Assembly: GCA_910586385.1 (NCBI GenBank)
Contig: CAJUGX010000001.1
Span: 8,823 to 72,822 of the forward strand
Origin: an uncultured Christensenella sp.
GTDB lineage: Bacteria; Bacillota; Clostridia; Christensenellales; UBA1242
Reading direction: 5' to 3'
Length of the DNA: 64,000 bases
Both the position numbers and the translations under genes were made by a program. How positions within the stretch are numbered: the first letter of the stretch is position 1; each line of letters opens with the position of its first letter. Below the pieces are notes generated by a model. It saw only the letters and a program-made list of their open reading frames with translations. It had not been told where the DNA came from and did not search any database. Positions 17,312 through 26,294 of this stretch are shown piece by piece.

Positions 17312-18478
17312 TTATTTGTTGTCAATGATTTCGATGGCTGGCAATGGTTTTCCTTCCATAAGTTTCAAACTTGCACCACCACCAGTTGAAAGGTGTCCGA
17401 TTTTGTTTGCACAACCACTTGCTTTGATTGCGCTCACACTGTCACCGCCTCCAACGATTGAATAAGCTTTTGCCTTCGAAACCGCTTTTGCGATTTTCAT
17501 TGTGCCCTTTTTGAAACGAGAATCTTCATACTTTCCAACTGGTCCGTTCCACATAATTTGTTTTGCACCAAGGATTTCTTTTGTAAACATTTTTATAGTT
17601 GCGTTTCCGATGTCAAGTCCAACCATCTCTCCACAAAGGCTTTTTGTCTTGACAACTTTTGTTCCGTCCAATGCAACATGGTCAACTGGAAGCAAAATTT
17701 TGATGTCCTTTTCTTTTGCCAATTCCAAAACTTTCTTCGCATCACCAACTTGTTCCAACGAAACAATTGACTTTCCAACATCCTGTCCTTGTGCTTGCAA
17801 GAATGTATAAGCCATCCCTCCGCCAATAATTATTGTATCTGCTTTGTCCATAACATTGTTAATCAAACTGATTTTGTCATCAACTTTTGCTCCACCAAAA
17901 ATGGCAACAAAAGGATGTTTTGGTGATTTGAAAGCTTTTTCAAAAACACCAATCTCTTTCTCAACCAAAAATCCGATTGCATTTGGCAATTTGACTGCAA
18001 CCCCATACGTTGAAGCATGTTTTCTGTGGCATACACCAAAAGCGTCATTGACATAAATGTCTGCAAGCTTGCAAAGTTCTTGCACCACTTTTGGGTTGTT
18101 TTTTTCTTCACCTTCAAGAAATCTGACATTTTCCAAAAGCAGAATCTCGCCATCTTTGAGTTTCTCAACTTCCGCTTCCGCATCCGGACCAGCAGAAGCC
18201 CTTGAAAATTTTACCTTGTTTGGGAAAGCCTTCATAAGGTAAACCGCAACTGGGAAAAGTGACAAATATTTGTCATAACTGCTCTTTGGTCTTCCCAAGT
18301 GTGAGCAAACGACAACCCTTGCACCCTTGTCAACCAAATATTTGATTGTAGGGATTTCTGCAGAAATTCTTGTGTCGTCCAAAATGTCTCCATAATTGTC
18401 GAGAGGCACATTGAAATCACAACGCAAAAGCACACGTTTCCCCTTCAAATCTTTCAGATCTCTAATCGTCTTTTTCAT
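17312..18478 (-). CDS. pgk: Phosphoglycerate kinase
   Basis: 388 aa with KRVLLRCDFNVPL, a full-length PGK pattern, and STGGGASL near the C-terminus. Confidence 0.97.
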   Translation of the reverse strand: MKKTIRDLKDLKGKRVLLRCDFNVPLDNYGDILDDTRISAEIPTIKYLVDKGARVVVCSHLGRPKSSYDKYLSLFPVAVYLMKAFPNKVKFSRASAGPDAEAEVEKLKDGEILLLENVRFLEGEEKNNPKVVQELCKLADIYVNDAFGVCHRKHASTYGVAVKLPNAIGFLVEKEIGVFEKAFKSPKHPFVAIFGGAKVDDKISLINNVMDKADTIIIGGGMAYTFLQAQGQDVGKSIVSLEQVGDAKKVLELAKEKDIKILLPVDHVALDGTKVVKTKSLCGEMVGLDIGNATIKMFTKEILGAKQIMWNGPVGKYEDSRFKKGTMKIAKAVSKAKAYSIVGGGDSVSAIKASGCANKIGHLSTGGGASLKLMEGKPLPAIEIIDNK

Positions 18479-18497
18479 ATCCTCATCCCTTTGTCAT

Positions 18498-18527
18498 AGT
18501 TTACAACATTTGCTACCCAAATTGCAA
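18498..18527 (-). promoter_or_regulatory. Candidate promoter for pgk-tpiA-dnaX
   Basis: The minus strand reads TTGCAA, an 18-nt spacer ending in TG, then TAAACT. It lies 19 nt upstream of the pgk ATG. Confidence 0.45.
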
Positions 18528-18550
18528 AACATTTTAACCAAAATCTTTCT

Positions 18551-19483
18551 CTATCTGTTTTCATTCAAAACATCTTTCAAAATATCCAAACAGGCATCAA
18601 TGTCATCACAAGTGGCAAGTTTAAGTCTGATGCTCGCACTCATAGGCAAATCACATGCATACCACAAGAGGTGTTTTCTTATATAAAGTTTAAGCCAACT
18701 CTCTTCAAAATGTTCTCGCAAAATTTGAATATGTTTTTTCACAACTTCAAATCTATCAACTTTCCCTTCGTTTCCTTTGAGAGTTGCAAACAGCCAAGGC
18801 TTGCCCATCGCACCACGACCAATCATGACTCCGTCCACGCCAGTCGCCTTCATCAACGCAAAACTTTTTTCGTCAGTCACATCACCATTTCCAATCACCG
18901 GGATTGAAATGCTCGCTTTGACTTTGGCAATCGCTTCATAATCTGCCTTGCCCGAATATCCTTGGGTCACAGTCCTCGCATGAAAGGTCACAAAGTCAGC
19001 ACCGCTTTCCTCGCACATGCGCGCAAACTCCAAAAAGTTTTCTGTGCTCTTGCCTTTTCTAAACTTAACCGACACTGGCTTGCTTGTTCCGTTCTTCACT
19101 GCCTCAATGATTTTGCTTGCAAGCGGAAGGTCGTCCATCAGTGCAGAACCTTCACCATTTTTGACAATCTTTGGTGCTGGACACCCCATGTTTATGTCAA
19201 AACTGTCAAACTTTTCAAGAAGTGGATTTTTCACTGCCTCCGCCAAAAACTGTGGTTCGTGTCCAAAAATCTGCGCAATCTTGATTTTTTCTGCATCTGT
19301 CGTCAAGGTCATGAAAGCAGTTTTCTTTGGATTGTGCACCATCGCCCTTGCCGAAAGCATCTCCGTCACTGTTGCATCTGCACCAAAAGAAGATGCGAGG
19401 TTTCTAAACCCCACATCAGTCACTCCCGCCATTGGAGCGAGCAAAATCGGATTATCAGAGAAATCAAGGTTGCCTATCTTCAT
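18551..19483 (-). CDS. dus: tRNA-dihydrouridine synthase
   Basis: 310 aa with LAPMAGVTD, DINMGCP, and a TIM-barrel Dus pattern. Confidence 0.9.
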   Translation of the reverse strand: MKIGNLDFSDNPILLAPMAGVTDVGFRNLASSFGADATVTEMLSARAMVHNPKKTAFMTLTTDAEKIKIAQIFGHEPQFLAEAVKNPLLEKFDSFDINMGCPAPKIVKNGEGSALMDDLPLASKIIEAVKNGTSKPVSVKFRKGKSTENFLEFARMCEESGADFVTFHARTVTQGYSGKADYEAIAKVKASISIPVIGNGDVTDEKSFALMKATGVDGVMIGRGAMGKPWLFATLKGNEGKVDRFEVVKKHIQILREHFEESWLKLYIRKHLLWYACDLPMSASIRLKLATCDDIDACLDILKDVLNENR

Positions 19484-19520
19484 ACTGATATCTTATCACA
19501 AAGACAGCCAGAAACCAAAA

Positions 19521-19548
19521 GAAAAAAGCAAGTCATTTCAACTTGCTT
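19521..19548 (-). terminator. Terminator after hup
   Basis: The minus strand reads AGCAAGT-TGAAATG-ACTTGCT followed by TTTTTC. The left arm overlaps the TGA stop. Confidence 0.65.
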
Positions 19549-19820
19549 CAACTTATTGCATACTTGAAGTTGTCAAAACTTTTGAAAGAGACAACTTTCT
19601 TTGGCTTGCAAAAATAATATCGTTTGGTCTGCGGATTTAGAAACTTACGTTCTCCCTTTTCTTGCAAAGAAAATTTCCCAAAATTTCTTATGCAGACCTC
19701 TTCGCCTTTTGAGCAGACTTCCAAAATTGCAGAGCGCATTTCCTCAATCACAAGACTGCACTTGCTTTTTGAAAGGTTTGTCCTTTTTGCCAAAACTTCA
19801 ACAAATTCCGATTTATTCAT
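19548..19820 (-). CDS. hup: HU/IHF-family DNA-binding protein
   Basis: 90 aa with MNKSEFVEVLAKRTNLSK...NFGKF...NPQTK. I set the start to the ATG at 19820 because a GGAGG lies 8 nt upstream. Confidence 0.85.
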   Translation of the reverse strand: MNKSEFVEVLAKRTNLSKSKCSLVIEEMRSAILEVCSKGEEVCIRNFGKFSLQEKGERKFLNPQTKRYYFCKPKKVVSFKSFDNFKYAIS

Positions 19821-19862
19821 AAATATTTCCTCCAAAAGCAATATTGCTCTTTTTGAAAACTT

Positions 19863-21392
19863 CTAAACACTGTTTTTCTTCTTTTTCAAAAGATGGTACG
19901 CGACTGGTGCACAAAAGACACCATACACAAGCACCCCTATCACGATCGCAAGTGCCACATTGACAAGCGCGCTGAAATAATTTTTCTCCACAAATGTATA
20001 CACCGTCATCGCCATAGCAGACACTCCCAGCACCATCAAAAACACATCCAAAAAACCAAGTCTAAAAGCAAAGACATTTTTGAGTTTGATAAGCGAAGCA
20101 ACAGCAACAAATGCCGACATCAAGATGTTTCCAAAGACAAGTGCAAAAATATTGATTTGCGGAATCCCCGCCAAAATCACAGTTGAAAGTCCTTTGAGCA
20201 TCCCTCCGATGGCTGTTATGATGACAATGAATTTGAAATCCCCGTTCGCTTGCAACAACATGACAAAATATTGCATAAACGCAGTGAAAACAATCGAAAA
20301 CGCACCATAGAGCATAAATTCAAACACCAATTCAAGCATTCTACCCGACAAGTCCGTGTACACAAGCGGCAAAACTTGCTTTGAGATTGCCACAAGTCCA
20401 AAAGTTGTTGGAAGGAGCAAAAACATAAGGATTTTTATTCCTTTTTCAACAATATGCTTACTTTTCACTCCCTTGGAAATCAAATAAGAAACGTTTGGCA
20501 ACATTGTTGTCGCCACCGCAACAGAGATGACAAGAGGAAAGTTCAAAAACGCTCCAGCAACCCCACTTTGAAGTCCAAACAACTTTGTCGACAGTCCACT
20601 CGAAAATCCGCCATCCATAAGCCTTGGCACAATCACAAGGGCATCAAACGCATTGACAAGTGGCACGATAATTGCTGAAAGCGTCAACAAAAAGTTGACT
20701 TTATCAAACTCTCGATTGACAAATTTTATCGCACGAAGATCTTGCAACTTTTGAGTTTCACCTCTTTTGAAAAGATAAAACACATACAAAAAGAAAAGCG
20801 CCACCACTTCGCTTGCGACAATCCCCAAAAATGCACCAAAGACACCTTGGCTTATCCCAAACTTGCCAAAATAAAACGCAAACAAAAGCCCAAGTCCAAA
20901 CTTTGCAACCTGCTCCAAAACTTGGCTTATAGCTGTCGGAGACATATTCCCATAACCTTGAAAAAATCCCCTAAACACAGAAAGCAATGCTCCAAGTGGC
21001 AACAATGCCACGAAAAGCAAATATCCGCTGCTAGATGAAATCCCTTGAAAAGCAGCAATCCACCTTCCACAGAAAAAAAACACAACACCCACAACAACAC
21101 CGAGCAGCACAGAAACAAGCGTTGCCCTCTTCATGTAAGACGACACATTTGCATATTGTCCTCTTGCCCTTGCCGAACTTATCAACTTTGACAAACTGGC
21201 CGTCACACCACCACAAGTCAAAACCAAAGAGAAAGAATACAGTGACATAACCAACTGAAAGACACCTATCCCCTCAATCCCTAAGAGATTTGTGAGTGGA
21301 AGCCTAAAAAGCGCCCCAAGACACTTGCAAACAAGCCCTCCAACCATCAAAATCAAGGCACTGGCGCCCAATCTGTGTTTCTTCTCTTCCAT
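19863..21392 (-). CDS. MOP-superfamily flippase (MurJ/SpoVB-like polysaccharide or lipid II exporter)
   Basis: 509 aa with about 14 predicted TM helices and the N-terminus GASALILMVGGLVCKCLGALFRLPLTNLLG, typical of MurJ/SpoVB-type proteins. I set the start to the ATG at 21392 because a GAGGGG lies upstream. Confidence 0.75.
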   Translation of the reverse strand: MEEKKHRLGASALILMVGGLVCKCLGALFRLPLTNLLGIEGIGVFQLVMSLYSFSLVLTCGGVTASLSKLISSARARGQYANVSSYMKRATLVSVLLGVVVGVVFFFCGRWIAAFQGISSSSGYLLFVALLPLGALLSVFRGFFQGYGNMSPTAISQVLEQVAKFGLGLLFAFYFGKFGISQGVFGAFLGIVASEVVALFFLYVFYLFKRGETQKLQDLRAIKFVNREFDKVNFLLTLSAIIVPLVNAFDALVIVPRLMDGGFSSGLSTKLFGLQSGVAGAFLNFPLVISVAVATTMLPNVSYLISKGVKSKHIVEKGIKILMFLLLPTTFGLVAISKQVLPLVYTDLSGRMLELVFEFMLYGAFSIVFTAFMQYFVMLLQANGDFKFIVIITAIGGMLKGLSTVILAGIPQINIFALVFGNILMSAFVAVASLIKLKNVFAFRLGFLDVFLMVLGVSAMAMTVYTFVEKNYFSALVNVALAIVIGVLVYGVFCAPVAYHLLKKKKNSV

Positions 21393-21467
21393 AAACCCCT
21401 CTTTTTCTATAGAAATAGAGTGCCAAAGCCCGCCACAATTATGCACGAAAAATTTTCAAAAAGGGTA

Positions 21468-21496
21468 TTTACAAACACAAAGATTAGTGTTATAAT
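21468..21496 (+). promoter_or_regulatory. Near-consensus sigma-A promoter of the 208-aa hypothetical gene
   Basis: TTTACA, a 17-nt spacer ending in TGT, then TATAAT (extended -10). The SD GGAG lies 7 nt before the ATG at 21530. Confidence 0.6.
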
Positions 21497-21529
21497 ATAG
21501 CCAACTAGGACAACAAAAGGAGAAAACTC

Positions 21530-22156
21530 ATGGCAAACACAATCAATGGAGTTCTTGATGAGATCCTTGAGCAGAATCGTCTTGTGCTCGGACACCAGAA
21601 AAAAGACTCGACTTATATCAGCAATGCAGCAGATGGAAAACCATACCCATACAGAGTGATCCAAGGTGGTTCTGATGACTATTTCGCATTCGACGAAACT
21701 CTTAGTGGAGATCTTAGAACATTGGCAGCATATATGTCAACAGTATCGTTTTTCAACAGCTTGGTTAACAATGCTCTGTCATACAAAGATTGTACGAATA
21801 CAACAAGCATCCTTGAAGAACAAAAGAAATTTGCTGAAGAATGGAAATTGATGCTGGATCAACTCAGAAATATTGTTCCGGATGTCATTTGTAGAGGTGG
21901 CATTGTTGCAGTTCCAAACTTAGACTGGATAAGAGGAATGGTTGAACCAACAATGAAAAATCCTACTGATGTGAGAAGAGAATTTTCAGCGGCAATGCGA
22001 GCATGCATCACCCTCAACTATAAGGAAGCTGAACACATCAATGAAAGAGAACATATAAATATCAAATGCTCTGAAGAATACAGAGATGCAACAACAAGAA
22101 TTGTTTCCGATCAAGCAAAAATTGCAAAGAAAGGCGGCAATGGAAAAGGAGACTAA
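21530..22156 (+). CDS. Hypothetical cytoplasmic protein (208 aa)
   Basis: ORF with a strong promoter, SD and terminator. It has no signal peptide or TM helix, and I recognise no family. Confidence 0.6.
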   Translation: MANTINGVLDEILEQNRLVLGHQKKDSTYISNAADGKPYPYRVIQGGSDDYFAFDETLSGDLRTLAAYMSTVSFFNSLVNNALSYKDCTNTTSILEEQKKFAEEWKLMLDQLRNIVPDVICRGGIVAVPNLDWIRGMVEPTMKNPTDVRREFSAAMRACITLNYKEAEHINEREHINIKCSEEYRDATTRIVSDQAKIAKKGGNGKGD

Positions 22157-22183
22157 AAAAGATGTCAAATGACATCTTTTTTT
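22155..22183. terminator. Bidirectional terminator between convergent hypothetical genes
   Basis: AAAAAA-GATGTC-AAAT-GACATC-TTTTTTT. Confidence 0.7.
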
Positions 22184-22188
22184 CTAAA

Positions 22189-23562
22189 CTATTTATCTTT
22201 TGTTGGTGAAACAATCGGCACCACACCCAATTCAGATGTTTTTGTTTCTCCTGCAATATCTTTATTAATGTTTAAGTCATCCATTGAAATGAATGGATTT
22301 AGTTCCAATGTAAGTCCCGGATTTACTCCTAACGCAGCACCTTCATCTACTTTTAACGCATCTGAAGCCCCCGTTGCTTTTTCAATAGACTTTCTCATTC
22401 TTTCAGCCGCTTCATTGGCTCTTGCTTTAGCCACCTCATCGTTTTTTTCACTGGGACTAAATTTATTCCCTCCAGACGATTTTTTGCGGACATTCATTTT
22501 TGTTTGAGTGGTCTCAGTTGTTTCTATTGGAGCTTTCGTTTCCTTTGAAGGAAGGGTCTTTTTTGCTTCATCTGGAGTCACCAAAACTTGAGGTTTGTAA
22601 TTCTTTATTGCCCAGACAAACGGCTTTCCACTATCCCCACCTTTGGCTTTTGCCTTTTTCTTTTTTGGTGCAGCCTTATTCTCAGCTGGTTTGGCATCCG
22701 GCTTTTTGTCATTGAACTCAATTTTCTCAACATGATCTGGAGCGATTCTTCCTGTCACACGTGTGATTGGCTCAGAAAAGTTTTTCAAAATCTCAACGCC
22801 TTCTGGCTTGCTCAAAATGACATCAAATCCATTGTGCTTCTCTATCATTTGGTCGAGTATCTTTTTCAATCTTGTGTGATCTTGTGCAAGTGATGGATCT
22901 TTTTTGATAAGCTCTTCAACAAGTGCTCTATAGTCACCTTGGATTTTGAGCCCCAGTGTCCCGCAACCGTCCAAGAGTTTGAGAAGTCTCACAATATAAA
23001 GTTGAGACAAAATCTCAATCAATTCCTTGCTGAAACTGTATTCACTCTCCAACTCCCAAAGGTTTTTGAAAACAACATTGTCCTTGTCAAGCGGTGTCTC
23101 TTGCAAGTTGATATTCCACGCTTTGTAAACATTGTCTTTGAAACTTGGAGAATACATCTCAACAAAGTTTCCAAGTGATGTGAGGTGTTTGATATCTTCT
23201 TCAACCCCATGTTCTATCTCAATCAAAAAGATTTCTGCCGAGCAATAAGACTCTGAAATGTCCATATCTATTCTGAAGTTGAGGTTGAAACCATCATACT
23301 TTGTGTAAGCATAAGCAACATTGTCAACTCTCTCTTGAAGCACTTTTGGCAGTGTCACCAATTCTTGCAAAAGTTTGTCATCAGTGAGTGAATATTTCCC
23401 GTCAGCGGAAAACTCTCCAAGCAAAAGATCCCCCCTCTTTGTTTGATAAAGAGAAGCTTGGACAAAATCTCCCCTGACCTTCTCTGCCTCTGAGTCTTTT
23501 GCCTTCTTTGAAGCAGCGTTTTCTGCTTCAAGATTTGACTGATTTTTTCTTTTCTTATCCAT
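22189..23562 (-). CDS. Hypothetical protein (457 aa) with a Lys/Pro/Ala-rich disordered C-terminal third
   Basis: Long ORF. I prefer the ATG at 23562 (MDKKRKNQ) because the track's GTG at 23586 lies inside a consensus promoter. The C-terminal region KPDAKPAENKAAPKKKKAKAKGG is low complexity. Confidence 0.6.
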   Translation of the reverse strand: MDKKRKNQSNLEAENAASKKAKDSEAEKVRGDFVQASLYQTKRGDLLLGEFSADGKYSLTDDKLLQELVTLPKVLQERVDNVAYAYTKYDGFNLNFRIDMDISESYCSAEIFLIEIEHGVEEDIKHLTSLGNFVEMYSPSFKDNVYKAWNINLQETPLDKDNVVFKNLWELESEYSFSKELIEILSQLYIVRLLKLLDGCGTLGLKIQGDYRALVEELIKKDPSLAQDHTRLKKILDQMIEKHNGFDVILSKPEGVEILKNFSEPITRVTGRIAPDHVEKIEFNDKKPDAKPAENKAAPKKKKAKAKGGDSGKPFVWAIKNYKPQVLVTPDEAKKTLPSKETKAPIETTETTQTKMNVRKKSSGGNKFSPSEKNDEVAKARANEAAERMRKSIEKATGASDALKVDEGAALGVNPGLTLELNPFISMDDLNINKDIAGETKTSELGVVPIVSPTKDK

Positions 23563-23568
23563 AGCCGT

Positions 23569-23597
23569 ATTATACAATACATTCACTTCATTTGCAA
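23569..23597 (-). promoter_or_regulatory. Consensus promoter positioned for a leaderless transcript
   Basis: The minus strand reads TTGCAA, a 17-nt spacer ending in TG, TATAAT, 6 nt (ACGGCT), then ATG. No SD is present. Confidence 0.55.
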
Positions 23598-23633
23598 CAC
23601 TTTTTTTGAAAATGTCGAATGACGTCTATTTCG

Positions 23634-23948
23634 CTATTGCCTAAGAAAAGTCACACAAAGTGGCTTTTCTTTTATGTCATTCAAAGTTATTCCATTGGCA
23701 ACGCACTTTCCCTCTTGATTGAACAGACAGTGCGCCTTGCATCCAATTTCAATCGTCTTTGAGTCTCTCTGTGGAGCATATACTGGCGGATTGTCTGTGA
23801 AAATAAGTTTTGTTTTGTCCAAGACTCGCTTTCCCTCATTTTTGTCATATTGCTCACACTCACAACTCTTTTTTATCAAAATACCCTTTGCCTTGCATGT
23901 GTATCTGTCATTAAACTTGCAAAGCGTCTTTCTGCATCTTATATCCAT
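23634..23948 (-). CDS. Cys-rich DUF1540-like protein (104 aa)
   Basis: Two repeats of C-x(n)-C-x-x-N/F...C-x-A-x-x-I (IRCRKTLCKFNDRYTCKAKGILI; IGCKAHCLFNQEGKCVANGITL) match DUF1540 as I remember it. I set the start to the ATG at 23948 because a GGAGA lies 5 nt upstream. Confidence 0.6.
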   Translation of the reverse strand: MDIRCRKTLCKFNDRYTCKAKGILIKKSCECEQYDKNEGKRVLDKTKLIFTDNPPVYAPQRDSKTIEIGCKAHCLFNQEGKCVANGITLNDIKEKPLCVTFLRQ

Positions 23949-23979
23949 AATATCTCCTCTTTGAAATATTTCCCAAACC

Positions 23980-24009
23980 TTGACAAAACAAACATAATTG
24001 TTGTAAACT
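23980..24009 (+). promoter_or_regulatory. Candidate rplI promoter
   Basis: TTGACA, an 18-nt spacer, then TAAACT. The SD AGGTG lies 5 nt before the ATG at 24030. Confidence 0.5.
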
Positions 24010-24029
24010 GAACTCATAAGAGGTGAAAA

Positions 24030-24473
24030 ATGAAAGTAGTTTTACTCAAAGATGTCAAAGGGACAGGCAAAAAAGGTGAAGTGAAAGAAGTTTCTGACGG
24101 CTTTGCAAAAAATTTCCTTTTGAAAAATGGAAGTGCACGGGTCGCTGACAACAGTGCCTTGAATGAAAATAAAATCCAAAACGACGCCGCAAAATTCCAC
24201 AAACAACAAGAAGTTTTGGCGGCAAAAGAACTCGCAAAACAGATTGAAGGAAAGACCGTGTCGCTTCAAATCAAATGCGGAAGCAATGGCAAAACTTTTG
24301 GATCGGTCACAAGCAAAGAAATCGCTGACGAACTTGCAAAAATCGGCATCACTCTCGACAAGAAAAAGATCGACCTCAAAGAGCCAATCAAGGTGGCTGG
24401 AAACTTTGTGGTTGTTGCAAAGGTTTATCCAGAAATCACGGCAAAATTCAATGTGGTTGTTGAAGCAAACTAA
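24030..24473 (+). CDS. rplI: 50S ribosomal protein L9
   Basis: 147 aa with [30 protein letters not shown]. Confidence 0.95.
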   Translation: MKVVLLKDVKGTGKKGEVKEVSDGFAKNFLLKNGSARVADNSALNENKIQNDAAKFHKQQEVLAAKELAKQIEGKTVSLQIKCGSNGKTFGSVTSKEIADELAKIGITLDKKKIDLKEPIKVAGNFVVVAKVYPEITAKFNVVVEAN

Positions 24474-24478
24474 AAATC

Positions 24479-24508
24479 AAAAAAGACTGAGGCTTTCAGT
24501 CTTTTTTC
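24479..24508. terminator. Bidirectional terminator (rplI and the minus-strand small ORF/rsmA)
   Basis: AAAAAA-GACTGA-GGCTT-TCAGTC-TTTTTT. Confidence 0.7.
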
Positions 24509-24672
24509 TTTTTCAAAACACAATATCTTCTGGTAATCAAATTTGAAATTGAGCAAGCAATCTGATTGACGAAATTTCGCAAATCCTCAAGCTCATCAAC
24601 GTCAAGTCCCTTTGCAAGTTCCATCGCAATTGAAGTTGCAAACAAAATCATCTCTTCATCATCACACTTCAT
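24496..24672 (-). CDS. Possible small protein (58 aa), not in the ORF track
   Basis: My translation is MKCDDEEMILFATSIAMELAKGLDVDELEDLRNFVNQIACSISNLITRRYCVLKKKKKD. It resembles small clostridial proteins with an A-x-x-I-A-x-x-L-x-x-x-L-x-x-D-E-L pattern (from memory). The SD is weak, and the stop lies inside the terminator hairpin. Confidence 0.35.
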   Translation of the reverse strand: MKCDDEEMILFATSIAMELAKGLDVDELEDLRNFVNQIACSISNLITRRYCVLKKKKD

Positions 24673-24707
24673 ATCAATTTATATTAAAACTTTGGCATTT
24701 TTGTGTC

Positions 24708-25493
24708 TTAAATCGATTGACACTTCTTGAAAAGCTCTACAAACTCATCAAGTGAAAAACTCTCCGCTCTTCTTGCAAGAGTCTCCTCTCCCAAAACTTC
24801 CTTGAGTCGAGTTTTGTTGTAGAGCGAGCCAAGATTGTTGAAAAGTGTCTTTCTTCTCATTGCAAAGCACGCCTTGACAAACTTTGAAAATTGTCTCTTG
24901 TCAATATCAACAAATTTGTCTTTCTCAATCTCGATATGCAAAATTGCAGAGTCAACATTTGGTGCTGGATAAAACATGTGACGACTGACAATTCTTGTTA
25001 TCTTTGCACTGCCATAAAATGCAGTCATCACCGTTGGGATTCCATAATCCTTGTCCCCCACCTTCGAGCATATTTTCTCGGCAACCTCTTTTTGCACCAT
25101 AATCGTAAGGCTCTGCACCTTTTCACTTTCTTCCAAAAGTCTGAAGATGATTGGTGTGGTTATGTAATAAGGCAAATTTGCAACCACCTTAAACTTCCCA
25201 TCAAACAATGACTCCACCTCGGTCATGCTCCGCTTCATGAAATCTTCAAAAACAAACTCAACATTTGAGAGTCCAAGTCCCAAAAGTTGCTCTTGCAAAT
25301 CTCTGTCTATTTCAAACGATACAACTTTTTTTGCGCTCTCACTCAGCACTTCTGTCAAACTTCCAGCACCAGCGCCAATCTCCAAAACTTCACTCTTCGC
25401 ATCTACACCTGCGTCAGCGCAAATAGCTTTCAGCAAATTTTTGTCACTGAGGAAATTTTGACCCAATTTTTTCTTAAAAACAAAATCTTTCAT
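24708..25493 (-). CDS. rsmA: 16S rRNA (adenine1518/1519-N6)-dimethyltransferase
   Basis: 261 aa with KKLGQNFL, the SAM motif LEIGAGAGSLT, and NLPYYITTPI. Confidence 0.95.
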   Translation of the reverse strand: MKDFVFKKKLGQNFLSDKNLLKAICADAGVDAKSEVLEIGAGAGSLTEVLSESAKKVVSFEIDRDLQEQLLGLGLSNVEFVFEDFMKRSMTEVESLFDGKFKVVANLPYYITTPIIFRLLEESEKVQSLTIMVQKEVAEKICSKVGDKDYGIPTVMTAFYGSAKITRIVSRHMFYPAPNVDSAILHIEIEKDKFVDIDKRQFSKFVKACFAMRRKTLFNNLGSLYNKTRLKEVLGEETLARRAESFSLDEFVELFKKCQSI

Positions 25494-26251
25494 ATTCCAA
25501 ACAACCTCTCAGCATTTTCCGTTGTCACATGGACGACTTCCTCAATTGAAATGCCCTTTATCCTCGCAATTTCATCCGCCACATACAGGACATTTTTTGG
25601 TTCGTTTCGCTGTCCACGAAATGGCACTGGGCTCAAATACGGGCAATCTGTTTCCAACAAAATCCTATCAAGTGGCAAAAATCTGACAACATCAGGGAGA
25701 GACTTTGCATTTTTGAATGTCACAACCCCACCAATTGAAAAAGAAAATCCCAGATCAAGCAAAATCTTTGCACTTTCTACGCTTCCGCTGAAGCAATGAA
25801 TCAGGCTTTCTTTTGCAAGCGGATGTTTTTTCAATATCTCAATTGTGTCACCCATCGCTTCTCTGCTGTGCACAACAATAGGCTTTCCAAGTCTATTTGC
25901 AAGGTTTATCTGCTCAACAAAATATTTTTGCTGAATCTCTTTGTCAAAACCTTCTCTGTGATAGTCAAGCCCAATCTCTCCAATCGCTACAACCTTTTTC
26001 TCTTTTGCAAGGTTTTCGATTTTCGCAAGCGAATCTTCTTTTATCTCATTTGTGTTTTCTGGATGAAATCCCACATTTGCAAAAACGCCGTCATACTTTT
26101 TTGAAAGTTCCACCGCTTCTTGTGAGGATGAAAAATTGTAAGCCGAGCAAACAATTCTGTCCACACCCGCCTCTTTTGCCCTTGCAATCACCTCTTCAAT
26201 GTCATCATAACCTTCACTTGTTATGTGTCCATGCGAATCAATAAGTCTCAT
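25490..26251 (-). CDS. tatD: TatD-family metal-dependent hydrolase
   Basis: 253 aa with IDSHGHI, AIGEIGLDYH, VVHSREA, and LLETDCPYL. Its stop overlaps the rsmA start in a 4-nt ATGA. Confidence 0.9.
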   Translation of the reverse strand: MRLIDSHGHITSEGYDDIEEVIARAKEAGVDRIVCSAYNFSSSQEAVELSKKYDGVFANVGFHPENTNEIKEDSLAKIENLAKEKKVVAIGEIGLDYHREGFDKEIQQKYFVEQINLANRLGKPIVVHSREAMGDTIEILKKHPLAKESLIHCFSGSVESAKILLDLGFSFSIGGVVTFKNAKSLPDVVRFLPLDRILLETDCPYLSPVPFRGQRNEPKNVLYVADEIARIKGISIEEVVHVTTENAERLFGI

Positions 26252-26294
26252 ACAAAAAGTATATCAAATCTCCTTAAAATAATCAATAAAACGT

